DNA of 63,262 bases, the filler included, from Rhabdomonas costata (lineage: Eukaryota): NCBI GenBank assembly GCA_019059605.1. It is 42 parts of 42 records of this genome, joined end to end, with 100 filler letters (N's around TTAATTAATTAA, not from the genome) between each part and the next. Parts side by side here need not be neighbours in the genome. Positions count along the whole stretch, not along the records: positions 1 to 1,409 come from JAHMHO010016782.1; positions 1,510 to 2,918 come from JAHMHO010016783.1; positions 3,019 to 4,427 come from JAHMHO010016784.1; positions 4,528 to 5,936 come from JAHMHO010016785.1; positions 6,037 to 7,445 come from JAHMHO010016786.1; positions 7,546 to 8,954 come from JAHMHO010016787.1; positions 9,055 to 10,480 come from JAHMHO010016788.1; positions 10,581 to 11,989 come from JAHMHO010016789.1; 34 more parts are not named here. The stretch is one strand, 5' to 3'. The notes beneath the pieces were generated by a model. It saw only the letters and a program-made list of their open reading frames with translations. It was not told the origin of the DNA and ran no database searches. Shown here piece after piece: positions 1 to 10,593 of this stretch. The translations under genes and the position numbers were made by a program. Numbering within the stretch: the first letter of the stretch is position 1; every line of letters begins with the position of its first letter.

Positions 1-10
1 GGTTTTTTGG

Positions 11-116
11 AGCTGTTCCATGGTGATCGCGTACCTCATCCACCGCCTGGGCCACACCTACGACAGCGCTCTGGCCCTAATTCGCCAGAAGCGGCCGTTC
101 GTTTCTCCAAACATTG
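11..116 (+). CDS. Dual-specificity protein phosphatase, exon just downstream of the catalytic motif (5'-truncated)
   Basis: Translates SCSMVIAYLIHRLGHTYDSALALIRQKRPFVSPNIG, matching the DUSP pattern S-x3-IAYL...A...R-x2-RP-x-V-x-PN-x-G. A GTATGT donor follows at 117. Confidence 0.85.
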
Positions 117-342
117 GTATGTTTGGGGATGAGGGATATGGAAGTTGAGGGATTTCCTTGACCAGCAGGGTGCTTCAGTTGTCACATCCTCCTGGAGCAC
201 TGGAGGTGGGTGGTGGTGGTGGGCACCCCCGAGCCTTGCACTAACGGCATTATTTGGAGTAAGTGAGCCCTTCTCTTCTCGTCTCAGCGGAGGGCACTTT
301 TTAAAAACCTCTGCTCAGTCCCTTTTTCTTTGTGTGTGAAAG

Positions 343-1360
343 TACGACCAGTACTGTGGTGGTGGAAGAGGAGGGGTGCTGGGGTTCAGGGTTTGCACAC
401 CAGCTGCGGCAGTCCGAGGCGGGCTTTAGAGCGACTACCAGCTCCCCCGAGAGGACCCCCTCCCCTGTGCAGCCCGACACGGTTAAGGCCGACGCTGCTG
501 AAAGCCGAAGCACCACCCAAAGCCCCTGTCCTGCTCCTGATGAAGTTTCGGCCCTCTCCGGAAGCAACACCTCTTGGTTTCAGGACTACGCCACCCCCAC
601 TACCACGGCGGCCAACCACTCCACAGTCACACAGGCGGCCAGCGATGCGGGAACCTCGCGCTGTGTGCTCAGCCGCAGCCCAGTTCCGCACAGTGGCCCA
701 GGCACGGCAGCGGCGTGCAGAGCGGGTGGCGGAATGGTTAGCCCCAATGCCGTGGGGCAGTACTGCAGTACACATCCGCATGCGGGCGCCACAGACCCGA
801 CGGAAGCGGTCGTGTACGTATACACCAGCTGCGGCACGACAGGGCACTGGGGTGGCTGGGAGCACAGCTCGACCCAGGCAAGCCCAAGCTCAGGGAAGTG
901 GCGCGGGGTGGAGGCCGGGGGGCAGGGCTACGCCCCGCTAACAGAGGGGTTCCCCCAAGGGGCGATGTCGGCGATGAACCTTAGCGGAGTCTCAGAGGTC
1001 AGCCCGGGAAAGCCCCAATCCACGCAAGTGTGGGTCACCGCGCAGGCGCACGGGATTTGGGAGGTCGGCAGCCATGCGCAGGCGCAGGCGCCCGAGGGGA
1101 ATGGGAATGGCTATGTGGTCCCGAGCAATAAGGGCATCCCGGAGAACGTGGACGAGGATATGGTGAACACGACCACGGAGTACTCCTTTAAGGTATTGCA
1201 TTGAATTATTTTCCAACATGATTTTCTGAATTTTACTGAATCGAAAAGTTACGAGAGGGGGTGCAGAGGGGGTCCCGGTGCTGATCCATGCCATTTAAAC
1301 ACACAGATGAGTCCTAATCCTTCTCTGAGCGGAGCCTTTCCTTTGCAGTGGGGGCGTTGA
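343..1360 (+). CDS. Ser/Thr/Gly-rich low-complexity exon plus short terminal exon, probably the C-terminal tail of the phosphatase gene
   Basis: Long open frame (ORF 332-1204) after a pyrimidine-rich AG at 341-342. Donor AAG|GTATTG at 1193 and acceptor TTTGCAG at 1348 give ...EYSFK-WGR-TGA. The link to the DUSP exon is not resolved. Confidence 0.5.
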
Positions 1361-1409
1361 CTTCGAACCCTCCCTCCCAGTATGCAGGGCACATGCTTGC
1401 GTTCACTTT

Positions 1410-1509
1410 NNNNNNNNNNNNNNNNNNNNNNNNNNNNNNNNNNNNNNNNNNNNTTAATTAATTAANNNNNNNNNNNNNNNNNNNNNNNNNNNNNNNNNNN
1501 NNNNNNNNN
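1410..1509. other. Artificial contig-joining spacer (N44-TTAATTAATTAA-N44); first of 41 identical copies recurring about every 1,508-1,509 nt
   Basis: Identical 100-nt block with a six-frame-stop 12-mer repeats throughout the window. The segments between are nearly all 1,404-1,409 bp and unrelated in content. Confidence 0.99.
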
Positions 1510-3021
1510 GTTGTTGTGGAAAAAAGAAGAGCTTTGAAGAGCTTTGAAGAGCGCTTAGCCGAAGCAGGCCATGGGGAGACTTTCGGTATTGTATTCATAT
1601 TTCAACTCGGCCGCTCCGGTGAGAATCTTGTGCCCCTTCACAGGCAGCTGCCTTTGGCCAGCCAGGAGTGATCCCCTTGCCTGCTATCCCAGCAGTACTG
1701 CTGCGTGGAGCGGGGCTCCACCCCCGGATGCCACCCTTGGGCGTACTTCAAGCCAGGCTGTTGTTGCAATGGCTAGTGGAGGCGGAGGAGGCTGGCCCAT
1801 GGGCTGATTTGGGCATGCCTCCTCCCGCCCTCCATGAGGTGACCAAGGTGTGCCTTTCCCTTGGCTTGGGGGGGGGGGGAGATTCCACCTCGCTCAGTCT
1901 GATGATCAGGCGCTGAAGAGCTTTGGATTTGTTGGTTTGGTTCGGGTGTGGGGATCAAGAGACAAACCTGGGTCCTGCTTGAGTATTTACGCGTTGTGCT
2001 TGACAGGAACAATTTCGGCGCTTGCTCAGCCCTCCGTCCTGGTTCACGGTCTTTGTGAGGTTTGCTCGGGACAACCGTCGGCACAGGCTTCGAGAACGGC
2101 TTCGCCCGGAGGCGGAGCGGACCTTTGTGAAGCAAAGCGACAAGAACGGGTCTGCCAACACTCCAGCCCCTCCATCTTGTGTGTGTGTGCTCGGTGTTTA
2201 GGGCCAGGAAGCCCTGGGTTCCTTCAGGGGTTCGCCGAAGCGTGTATCCCGGAACCCGAAGGCAGCCGGCGCTAGGTGAGAACACCGGGGAGCGCAGGGC
2301 CCACGTGCGAGGGAGGCCACTCACCGTCTCCTGGAGGAAGAGGAGGAGCACCGGAGTTGAGAGCCGCCTTCGCCGGGGCCTCACGTAGGTGGAGGTGCCG
2401 CTTCAACCACAGGTGCAGATCAGCAGCAGCGTCACGAGGTGCCCCAAAAGCGGCCTTGAAAGTGCGACGTGCAACCATGGTCGGAGTCACCCGAGGACCA
2501 GGAGCAGCGCGCTCCGCTTGCCGAAGATCATCCACTGTGAGCTGCCGGGAGGCGTCGACCACAAAGGACCGGGAAGACGAGGGCATAGGACAGGATGAAG
2601 ATGCTCCAGGTGATGGGGTTCGGTTGGCTTCCATCACTAGCAGCTCCCGCCGCCGCATAACCTCTGCAAGGCGTGACACCAGACCAAGATGGAAGTACCG
2701 AAGAAGTTGGGGGGTCAGCCAGTCCACGTCCGCGGGAATAAACGACAGCAGTGAGCGGGGAAGGAGCCCCACAGATAGTTGCAAAGTGCCTTGAAACCCA
2801 ATCCGCAGATAAGGCGGTCAGTGTAGCCCCGCGTTCCTGACCAACACGGACCCAAAGCCGAGCGGCAAAATCGGCGCAGTCGGATGAACCAGAAGCATCG
2901 CACCCCGTCAGAGCATGANNNNNNNNNNNNNNNNNNNNNNNNNNNNNNNNNNNNNNNNNNNNTTAATTAATTAANNNNNNNNNNNNNNNNNNNNNNNNNN
3001 NNNNNNNNNNNNNNNNNNGGT

Positions 3022-4427
3022 TTTTTGGCCAGAACCGCATGTCCTGAGGCATTATAACGATCTGGGTTGATCTGATGTTCGACTTTCTTGTTTGTGTCGA
3101 GGTGAGATGAAGTTCTTTTGCATCGATTCTATCGACAGAGTTGGTTCCCACATTAGAGCTGCAAAGAAGACTGATGCCCAGCAGCGTCAAAGTGTCTCAG
3201 TCAGGGAGCTGTCCTTCCTTCCAGACCCTGTCGTATTGTTTTTCAAGTGCGATGGCGCGGGCGGCGTTCACTGCGGAAACACGTGACATCCTTGCTGTCC
3301 GCATATCTACAGTAGCAGTTACCTTGGAAAGACGAGTGTACAACTCGTACCTCGACAAAACGTCGCGACGCTTCTGGATCACCTGAATTATGCAATTGAA
3401 AGGCTGAGCCCAGGCCGAGGCCAAAAGGAGTGCTTTTGTTTCCTGTTCGAATTCTTCCAACCCTCACACTCTTTCAGGCCTCCCTGTTGAGCAATGGCTA
3501 TCCAGGAGCAGCTGCAACCCCCAGGCGTCAGCCGCGAAGCAGGAGACTTAAGAGAACGTGCGAGCCTGGAGCAAGGCCTCAGAGGGGAGGAGACAGGATG
3601 CATGTCCCCTCCCAGCATAACAATCTCCACAAGGAAATCTGGGTGACAATTCAGGAGATGTAGATGTGCCCCATTTTCTCAAAGGACTTCTTCACCCAGG
3701 TGCAAACGAATGGGCAGATCAATCTGAATTTTGAGGAGATGGAGCAGACCTTCAATAGAATCATACCGCTCGAGCATGGCGGAGTACATCATCACCGACA
3801 AGGTTTCTCTCCGATCAGTTTGGGAGTAAGAAAGAAGTGGTGCTTTGTGAGTCACATGGGATTTTTTTGTGACTTACGACTTCGGGCGGCTTTCGCCAGC
3901 CTGTGGGTCACATGGCGATGTGTGTGAACTCTTTCTTCTTGGTTTCGATTGATTGAGATGAATGTCTAATATCTGTAACGGCCGCCAAAAGAGATTCCTC
4001 TTATCGCATATAGTAGTTATCATTAACGCAAATCGATTGCAAATACAAGCATAGCTTTCAGGTCAGAGGCGGCTTAAAAGCAGAATACCACCTCTTCTGA
4101 CCAAAATACGAATGGAAGCAACCACTTGTAGGCTGGCAACGCAACGCAACGCGTTCCCTATTTCAGCACCTGGAAACCTCGACCTCGTTCGCTCTGGAAT
4201 TCTGACGTGGATTGGGTTCTGAGTAGACGTAGGCTCCGAGTCATCCTGTTTCGGATCGTGCAACTGGTGTATTTTTGGCCAGAACCGCATGTCCTGAGGC
4301 ATTGTAACGATCTGGGTTGATCTGATGTTCGACTTTCTTGTTTGTGTCGAGGTGAGATGAAGTTCTTTTGCATCGATTTTGTCGACAGAGTTGGTCCCCA
4401 CATTAGAGCTGCAAAGAAGACTGATGC
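3022..4427. repeat. Terminal direct repeat of about 156 bp (3022-3177 and 4272-4427), period 1,250 bp
   Basis: The two copies align end to end with 4 substitutions visible by eye. Confidence 0.95.
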
Positions 4428-4527
4428 NNNNNNNNNNNNNNNNNNNNNNNNNNNNNNNNNNNNNNNNNNNNTTAATTAATTAANNNNNNNNNNNNNNNNN
4501 NNNNNNNNNNNNNNNNNNNNNNNNNNN

Positions 4528-4834
4528 CGCTCCGCTTCTGTCGCGGTCCGGGCCTCTGCCTGAGCCCGCTGAAGCTCCCCTTCCAGCCGCTTGTTCTCCG
4601 CCTCCACCTCGCCCACTCTCTTCGAGGCCTCCTCAGCTTTCTGCTTGAAGCCCTATGCGGTGGCGGCGAGGGCGCGGTACTGCTCCGCGACTTGCTTCAC
4701 TCGGGCCCGGGTCTCCTCCAGAAGGGCTCTGAAGTCAGGCTCCACGGGACCAGGGGTGACCGGCGCTGATTCAGGGCGTACTGGTGGGCTTGTCGCGGGC
4801 AGAACGAGGCCTGAGCCATCGCGGGCGGAGTTCC
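4528..4834 (-). CDS. Coiled-coil protein exon with one in-frame TAG (4653-4655); possibly a pseudogene
   Basis: Acceptor TTCCTCAG, then ...DFRALLEETRARVKQVAEQYRALAATA*GFKQKAEEASKRVGEVEAENKRLEGELQRAQAEARTATEAE. Heptad-like E/K/R/A composition continues on both sides of the stop. Confidence 0.6.
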
Positions 4835-6201
4835 CTGAGGAAGAAAGTGGGGTTATACGCGAAACAAGCCTATAATAAAATCAGTGGGGGAGGAGATTAA
4901 GAATAAGGAGAAATTCAAAATATTCATGGCAGTGGAAAAGCTACCCAACCCAAAAGACGAAAGGTGCGAGGCGATGGCTGCGACAATTTATCCAAGTGCA
5001 GTTTAAGGAAAAAAGGAAATGGGAGGAAATGGGGGCAAACCCGTATATGAAGGAAGGCGAAAAGGGTATTACACACAGCATCCGTTAATACTGATAAAAA
5101 TGGAATCCGAACAGTTTTTTTTCGTCGGCATGATTAACAAGTTGCAGGAGTCTCAGACCAAATCTCATCGAAAGCCAAAAAAGCAGTCTTCAAACTCCCG
5201 TAAAAATTACACCTAAGTTCTCCGAGGAAACGCCGCGGATGGAAATGCCGCGCATACTGCTCCGCAGTGGGTGTGGAAGTGAGTGGGCGCGAAGGAAAGC
5301 CTGCACCGGGGACCGTCTCCCAAATGGCTGGACCCAAGCATGACCGAATGATCTAGCAACGAATACCATGCAAGGCATGGTGTGGCAGTCTCAATCAAAG
5401 AAAAGAACCCAGAGGAAAAAAAGCTGAGAGTGGGAGAGGTGCATGTCATCCCAACAGAACAGAGGCACCCCTAGGGAAGGTTCCGGTGCATCCAAAGAAG
5501 CTAGTAGTCCTGTTCAACCCACTCAGTAAAAGAATTCAGTGGGAATGGTGCAGCTCTTCAGCGAAGGCGATCGCCGCGACGATCGTATGCCGATACCCAG
5601 AAACATCCACTAACACGACATGCTGTGGAACAGCAACTGTGCTCTTGGGCAAAGTTCTTTACGTTCCACCGAAAGTAAGGTTGACCACAACAGGAAATCA
5701 TCTGAATTTGCATCTCCGAGCTGGACCTAGCATTTGCAAGCACCAAAAATTGACGACTACATCACCAAACGGATAAAATCGGCGATCTGAACTGATAATC
5801 GGTAAGGGTGGGGCAAAGGGGTAAGGGAAGGCCAGAAGAAGAAGAAGAATCAGTATCGATACCTTCGCAAAAAGCGCAACTTTCCGGGCGAAAAAGGCGA
5901 GAAATGCACCGCCTCCAATAAAAGCAAAACACCACCNNNNNNNNNNNNNNNNNNNNNNNNNNNNNNNNNNNNNNNNNNNNTTAATTAATTAANNNNNNNN
6001 NNNNNNNNNNNNNNNNNNNNNNNNNNNNNNNNNNNNTTTTGTGGTTACCGCTAGTCACAATTACGAACACTCAGTCAACTGATCCGACTAGCGGTAACGT
6101 TCATACTACCTAACTTGCGTGAAGTGTGCAGCGCATGATGGCAGTTACTGGAATCCGGTCAGACAGACTCAATGACACTATTTTGTGCAATTTTGAAGAT
6201 A

Positions 6202-6423
6202 CCTCTCAACAGTATTGCCTAGAGCACAACTGATCGCACTATTACACTGTTATAAATGGCTTCCAATGCTATGCTCCACACAGGACTAGAAGAAAAAGCT
6301 TGGACTGAGGCGCCACCCAATATATTTAGAGCGCGGCTGAACTTTTTACATTAGGTTCACTTCCATGAGCTGTGGTTTGCGGTGTCTTGGGAACGCGCTA
6401 GAAAGCCATCCGTGTACATCCAC
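6202..6423 (+). mobile_element. Decayed Ty1/copia integrase-core remnant
   Basis: Reads PLNSIA*STTDRTITLL*MASNAMLHTGLEEKAWTEA...HELWF...RKPSV, resembling copia PQxNGVAERxNRT..MAR.ML..GL...W.EA...PYELW.G.KP. Interrupted by stops. Confidence 0.5.
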
Positions 6424-7388
6424 TCTGGACGCTCAGTAGTGGAAGTTCACTCGTCTTGTCGACTGTTACACTGCACTTAGTGCTCATCTGAATGAGTAAT
6501 TCATAAATAAGTGCTCATCTAAAAATCCTCCGCATGCAGAGAAAGTTTCACACGCTGCAACGCCGCAGGCTTGCAGCTCGCAGTCATTCATCGCTGCTAT
6601 TTGTACGTTTGAGTACATATGTGTGTTGTAAACAAGTTTGTCTCTATTCCATTGTTAATGTCAGAACTCAGACACCAATGAACGCCTGCAGCCCCTCGGA
6701 GGTCATCGCGTAGCCGGAAACACAAGAAGGCCATTCAAGCCCCGCTGTATGGCAGCCAAAAGTTAGCCATGCCAGAAAAATGTAGCGTATTACAGCAGAT
6801 TTCACCGCGGAGCCGCACCACATAGAGCTGATTTTACGTTGTCTTATTAAATATACGTTAGTGCCTCCATCCATGTTAATGGTATTTGTAAATAGCACAG
6901 CTGCAGGTGCCTTGTAGATCCTGTATAGACTCTGAAAGTGAGGTACCATAACTCATCTACAGTACCATTTACAGGGACCATATCAGTTACCATTTGTCAT
7001 GAACTCTTCTTTGAAAATGCTGCGACCAACCTCTACTACAACGATTTCTCTTTGCACTTTTTCCTTCCACATTTTTAGCACTTATACAGAGATAATTTTT
7101 TAATACGCCATTTATAACTCTATTGTACATTTTTGCTACAAACAGAGTAAAAGTGAGCGTTTTGATCATAGTGCCAGTGGCGTAGTGTTTGTGAACAGAA
7201 TTGTGTTTCACGTATCACTACAAACAGCATAGTATTTAGAAATGAAGACGTTGTAACTGCAGCTAAAACGTGTCATTTTTACACACAAAAACGTGTCTAT
7301 ATAACTTCATGAATGTAATTTTAGGTGACTTCTGTTAACTTACACAAAACTGTGCATACCTATTTGGAACGTTTAACATCAAAATGAT

Positions 7389-7440
7389 GTTTTCATAAAA
7401 AATCTACATAGACATGTCTATGTAGATTTTTTATGAAAAC
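7389..7440. repeat. Perfect 52-bp palindrome at a contig end (probable fold-back artefact)
   Basis: gttttcataaaaaatctacatagaca|tgtctatgtagattttttatgaaaac, followed only by a short A/C tail. Confidence 0.9.
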
Positions 7441-7971
7441 ACCACNNNNNNNNNNNNNNNNNNNNNNNNNNNNNNNNNNNNNNNNNNNNTTAATTAATTA
7501 ANNNNNNNNNNNNNNNNNNNNNNNNNNNNNNNNNNNNNNNNNNNNTTGTGTTGTTCTGGTCCATTCTGCATTCACCTTCCGTTTGCTTGCCAGGTTTGCC
7601 TTCATCCCTGCCCTGAGCTCTGTTTCGTGGCGTCGCTCTCCTTGTCGTGTTTTGGCTTTTTGTCTCGGCAGCACCGCGGCTGCTTGTTCTGCCGATTATC
7701 TGCCGCCTGCCATCGCTTTGAGTGTGAACGCTGTGTTGTTGTTTTGTGCTCCCCTTACGTGGGCAGGACAGGGGTCGCTCCGCTGAATCGAGGGGCTTAC
7801 AGCTGCCATTTGCTCAGAGTCACATATCGCTGGTATGGTTGTCCTTCGTACTTTTTCCCTGTGCTCTGTGTCTCAGCCGCAGCCTGGAAATCCTTTCCTT
7901 TGACCGCAAGGTTTGTCTTGGCCTGTACCATAATCCTCCCCCCAAAAACCCCCTGCTTTGCGTTTCCGCAG

Positions 7972-8482
7972 CCAACCCGAGCTTCCCTTGCCTCAGCCTG
8001 AGCTGCCCTGAGGGCTTCCGCTACAAGCCCTTCAGCGCGGCGATGTGCCGTTCCCAGGGCTGTACGGTGGACGCGTGCTGCGTGCGCGGTACGTGTGCTT
8101 TCTTTTTTGTAAGTGTTCTGATTTCTCCTCATGCTCGAGTCCACTGTCCTCCAGCAAGAAGAGAGAGAGAGAGAGAGAAAGTGTCGGGGTCTAGTGGGAC
8201 CCGAGCTCGCGCCACCACTCGTTTCCATATTCCTCACCCAGAGAGAGAAGGCAAACTGAGAAGCCCAGAATTTGAGAACCATTTAGGCGCTCTTTTCTAC
8301 AACTCCAGATGTATTCTGTGGCACCCCAACCATGGTTCCCTCCAATGGGGTTCTGCCGGTGTGCCCATCGGGGCTGACGGAGGGGAAGGTCTGCACCTTT
8401 GGCTGCGCCGTGGGCTACACTGGTGGGGGCACTCTGACGTGCACCTCGGCCGGGACATGGACTTTGAGTGGCAGCTGCACAG
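7972..8482 (+). CDS. Extracellular Cys-rich protein: Cys-repeat exon (7972-8088) plus CCP/sushi-like exon (8309-8482)
   Basis: NPSFPCLSLSCPEGFRYKPFSAAMCRSQGCTVDACCVR and DVFCGTPTMVPSNG...CTFGCAVGYTGGGTLTCTSAGTWTLSGSCT (CCP-type C-x-F-x-C-x2-GY...C-x3-G-x-W...C). Both exons are AG/GT-bounded and phase 1-1. Confidence 0.7.
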
Positions 8483-9560
8483 GTCTTCGTTTCTCTGTGC
8501 GCTGGTTCGTGAAGGTGGCGTTTTGGTTCCTTTCTGGGTCTCCTGACTTCTCCTGAGTGGAAAAAATTGACTTTTCCATTTTGTGTCGCGTTCCTCGAGA
8601 TTGTTAAACACCCGCAGAGAGGATAGTTTTAGAGGATTTTTCTTGTTTGGTCCTGTCCCAACCGCCGTTTCTCGCTGTGTTTTTTAGTGAACCGTTGTAA
8701 GGAAAATATAACTGACCATTTGAAAGGCCAAGCATAGGTTCCTTCGGAAGTTGTTTTCTCCCCGCTAGCACAAGAGAACAGCATGTCCATGGAAACAGAA
8801 GGCGTCAAGGTTCAAAGTGAGCAAGCTTTAGTGCATCGCAGACAACGATTGGGGTCGGGCGGGCGAGTACCAAACAAAAGATTAGAATAAACCACGTGCT
8901 GCAGAATGGGTCGACAACAACAGATTCCGGAGGAGACCTCCGCGCCCGCTGTATNNNNNNNNNNNNNNNNNNNNNNNNNNNNNNNNNNNNNNNNNNNNTT
9001 AATTAATTAANNNNNNNNNNNNNNNNNNNNNNNNNNNNNNNNNNNNNNNNNNNNCTGCGGCCCTCGCGGCACCCCAGGGGAGTGATAGAGGAGCTCGCCG
9101 CAGGGTTCCCGGCGCACGCTGTGGCCGGACCCTCTAACCTGTGCCTGGGGCGTCTCGACCAGGCCCGGATCAAGGCCTGCGCCAGCGCTGGCCTGGCGGA
9201 CACCTTCGTTCCAGCGGAACTATGCGAAGGCTCAACTGTGGTATGTATATGTTTGTGGTGGTGAGGGGGAGGTGTATGTCCTTATGTGCGTGTGTTCACG
9301 TGTTTATTTGCGCGTCGAGAGCGAAGGGCTCGGCACAGCGCGCCGGGTGTGCGAATGTGCGTGGTATGCACAGAGGGTGTGTCTGTGTGTCTGTGGACGT
9401 TTGCTTTGTGCTCTGTTGTTTTCTGCCGAGAATCTTTGGGCCTCGGGCCTTAGGAAAGAGTGTACTTAGCCCACCCGTGGATGTCCGAGGGCCTGCAGCG
9501 CAGCTGCACAAGGCGATGAGTGGACGCAACTGATCGAAGCGTATTGTGTGTTAGTGTGTG

Positions 9561-9601
9561 CGAGTCTTCCCCAGAAAAAAGTCGTCCTGGCCAAGTGCAC
9601 A

Positions 9602-9608
<7 letters not shown>
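9561..9608 (+). repeat. Short dispersed repeat family A (other copies 15123-15170 +, 51582-51625 +, partial 25916-25940 -)
   Basis: Shared core CCCC(A/G)GAAAAAA(G/C)TC...CC(T)TG(G/T)C(C)AAGTGCAC(A/C)AAG-GT-rich, found in four independent contigs. Confidence 0.8.

Positions 9609-9641
<33 letters not shown>
9604..9641. repeat. (GT)19 microsatellite
   Basis: Direct reading. It abuts the family A repeat. Confidence 0.95.
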
Positions 9642-9643
<2 letters not shown>

Positions 9644-10593
9644 ACAACTGCTCTCGAGAGGCTCTGAACAAAAAGACCGCCTTCACTTCTAATGCATATG
9701 GTGCATATGGTGCTGTTATGCTTGCAGGGTGTTTGAGTGTATCCACTGTTTTTTCTCTGCCCTTTTATGGTCTTCGTGATTTTCTCTGCATACAGGAGGC
9801 GCAGTACTTGCCCGTCTCCGCCAATGGGATTCCTTTGGGCCCCGCAAAGGCGTTGGAAGAGCTCCTTCAAGGATTGCGGTGAGCCGTCGGTGGGTGTTCA
9901 ATGCAGGAGTTCCGTGGTCTTCCACGAATTAGCGTGGACGAGGGTGCCGCACCTCGCGGTCCTGTTCGCATCTAATGTCTCTCGTACCCCTGTGGAATGG
10001 CTTCGCTGCACTTCCGGCCTTGGAGGCCGTGTTTGGGGCAGCTTCGACAGAGGCGCTGCCCTGCCCTGTGCATCTGCTGATTCATGTGCAGTCCGATGGT
10101 TGGTCCTGTTACATGTGAAATGGAACGGTGCAACTTTGTTGGCTGTTGAACGTCTGCAGCGCATCGGCTTACTGGCACAAACCTACACACACATGTTCAC
10201 AATCATGTATGGCTCCCGGTCAACCCTCCCGCCCTGTGTTGGTTCACTCCGGACGGCACTGTCCATGATTTGCAGCGAGTATCTCTCCTGGGACCTTGTT
10301 TGCTGCACTTTTACGGTTTGGCACCCTATGTGCGGGCATGTCCTTCTGTTGTGAGGATTTTTTCTTCATCATGGCACTTTCCTCTCAATCAGTTCAGTGG
10401 TTCTTTTCGGCAGGTGACTTGCGAAGATCAAAAAGCAGGGAATGAGAGGAAAGTGCCATGATGAAGAAAAAATCCCCACANNNNNNNNNNNNNNNNNNNN
10501 NNNNNNNNNNNNNNNNNNNNNNNNTTAATTAATTAANNNNNNNNNNNNNNNNNNNNNNNNNNNNNNNNNNNNNNNNNNNNGTATTGGGCGTGT

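Noticed and set aside
330-941. Overlapping alternative-frame and antisense ORFs here and throughout the ORF track
   Set aside because: Arg/Pro-rich shadows of GC-rich exons with no motifs. Most listed 60-150 aa ORFs are not supported as genes.
1349-1380. GGTTCGAA...CCCCCA on the minus strand as a tRNA 3' half
   Set aside because: The T-stem does not pair and there is no anticodon or D arm. The region also fits a plus-strand terminal exon.
1454-1465. TTAATTAATTAA recurring about every 1.5 kb as a CRISPR-like or regulatory repeat
   Set aside because: Always centred in N44 blocks; it is a synthetic six-frame-stop linker.
1510-2918. Several 140-200 aa ORFs on both strands of contig 2
   Set aside because: No recognisable domain and the coding strand cannot be decided from sequence alone.
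3860-4060. Possible spliced-leader RNA or 5S rRNA gene inside the 1,250-bp repeat unit
   Set aside because: No match to euglenid, kinetoplastid or diplonemid leader sequences or 5S conserved boxes as far as I can recognise them.
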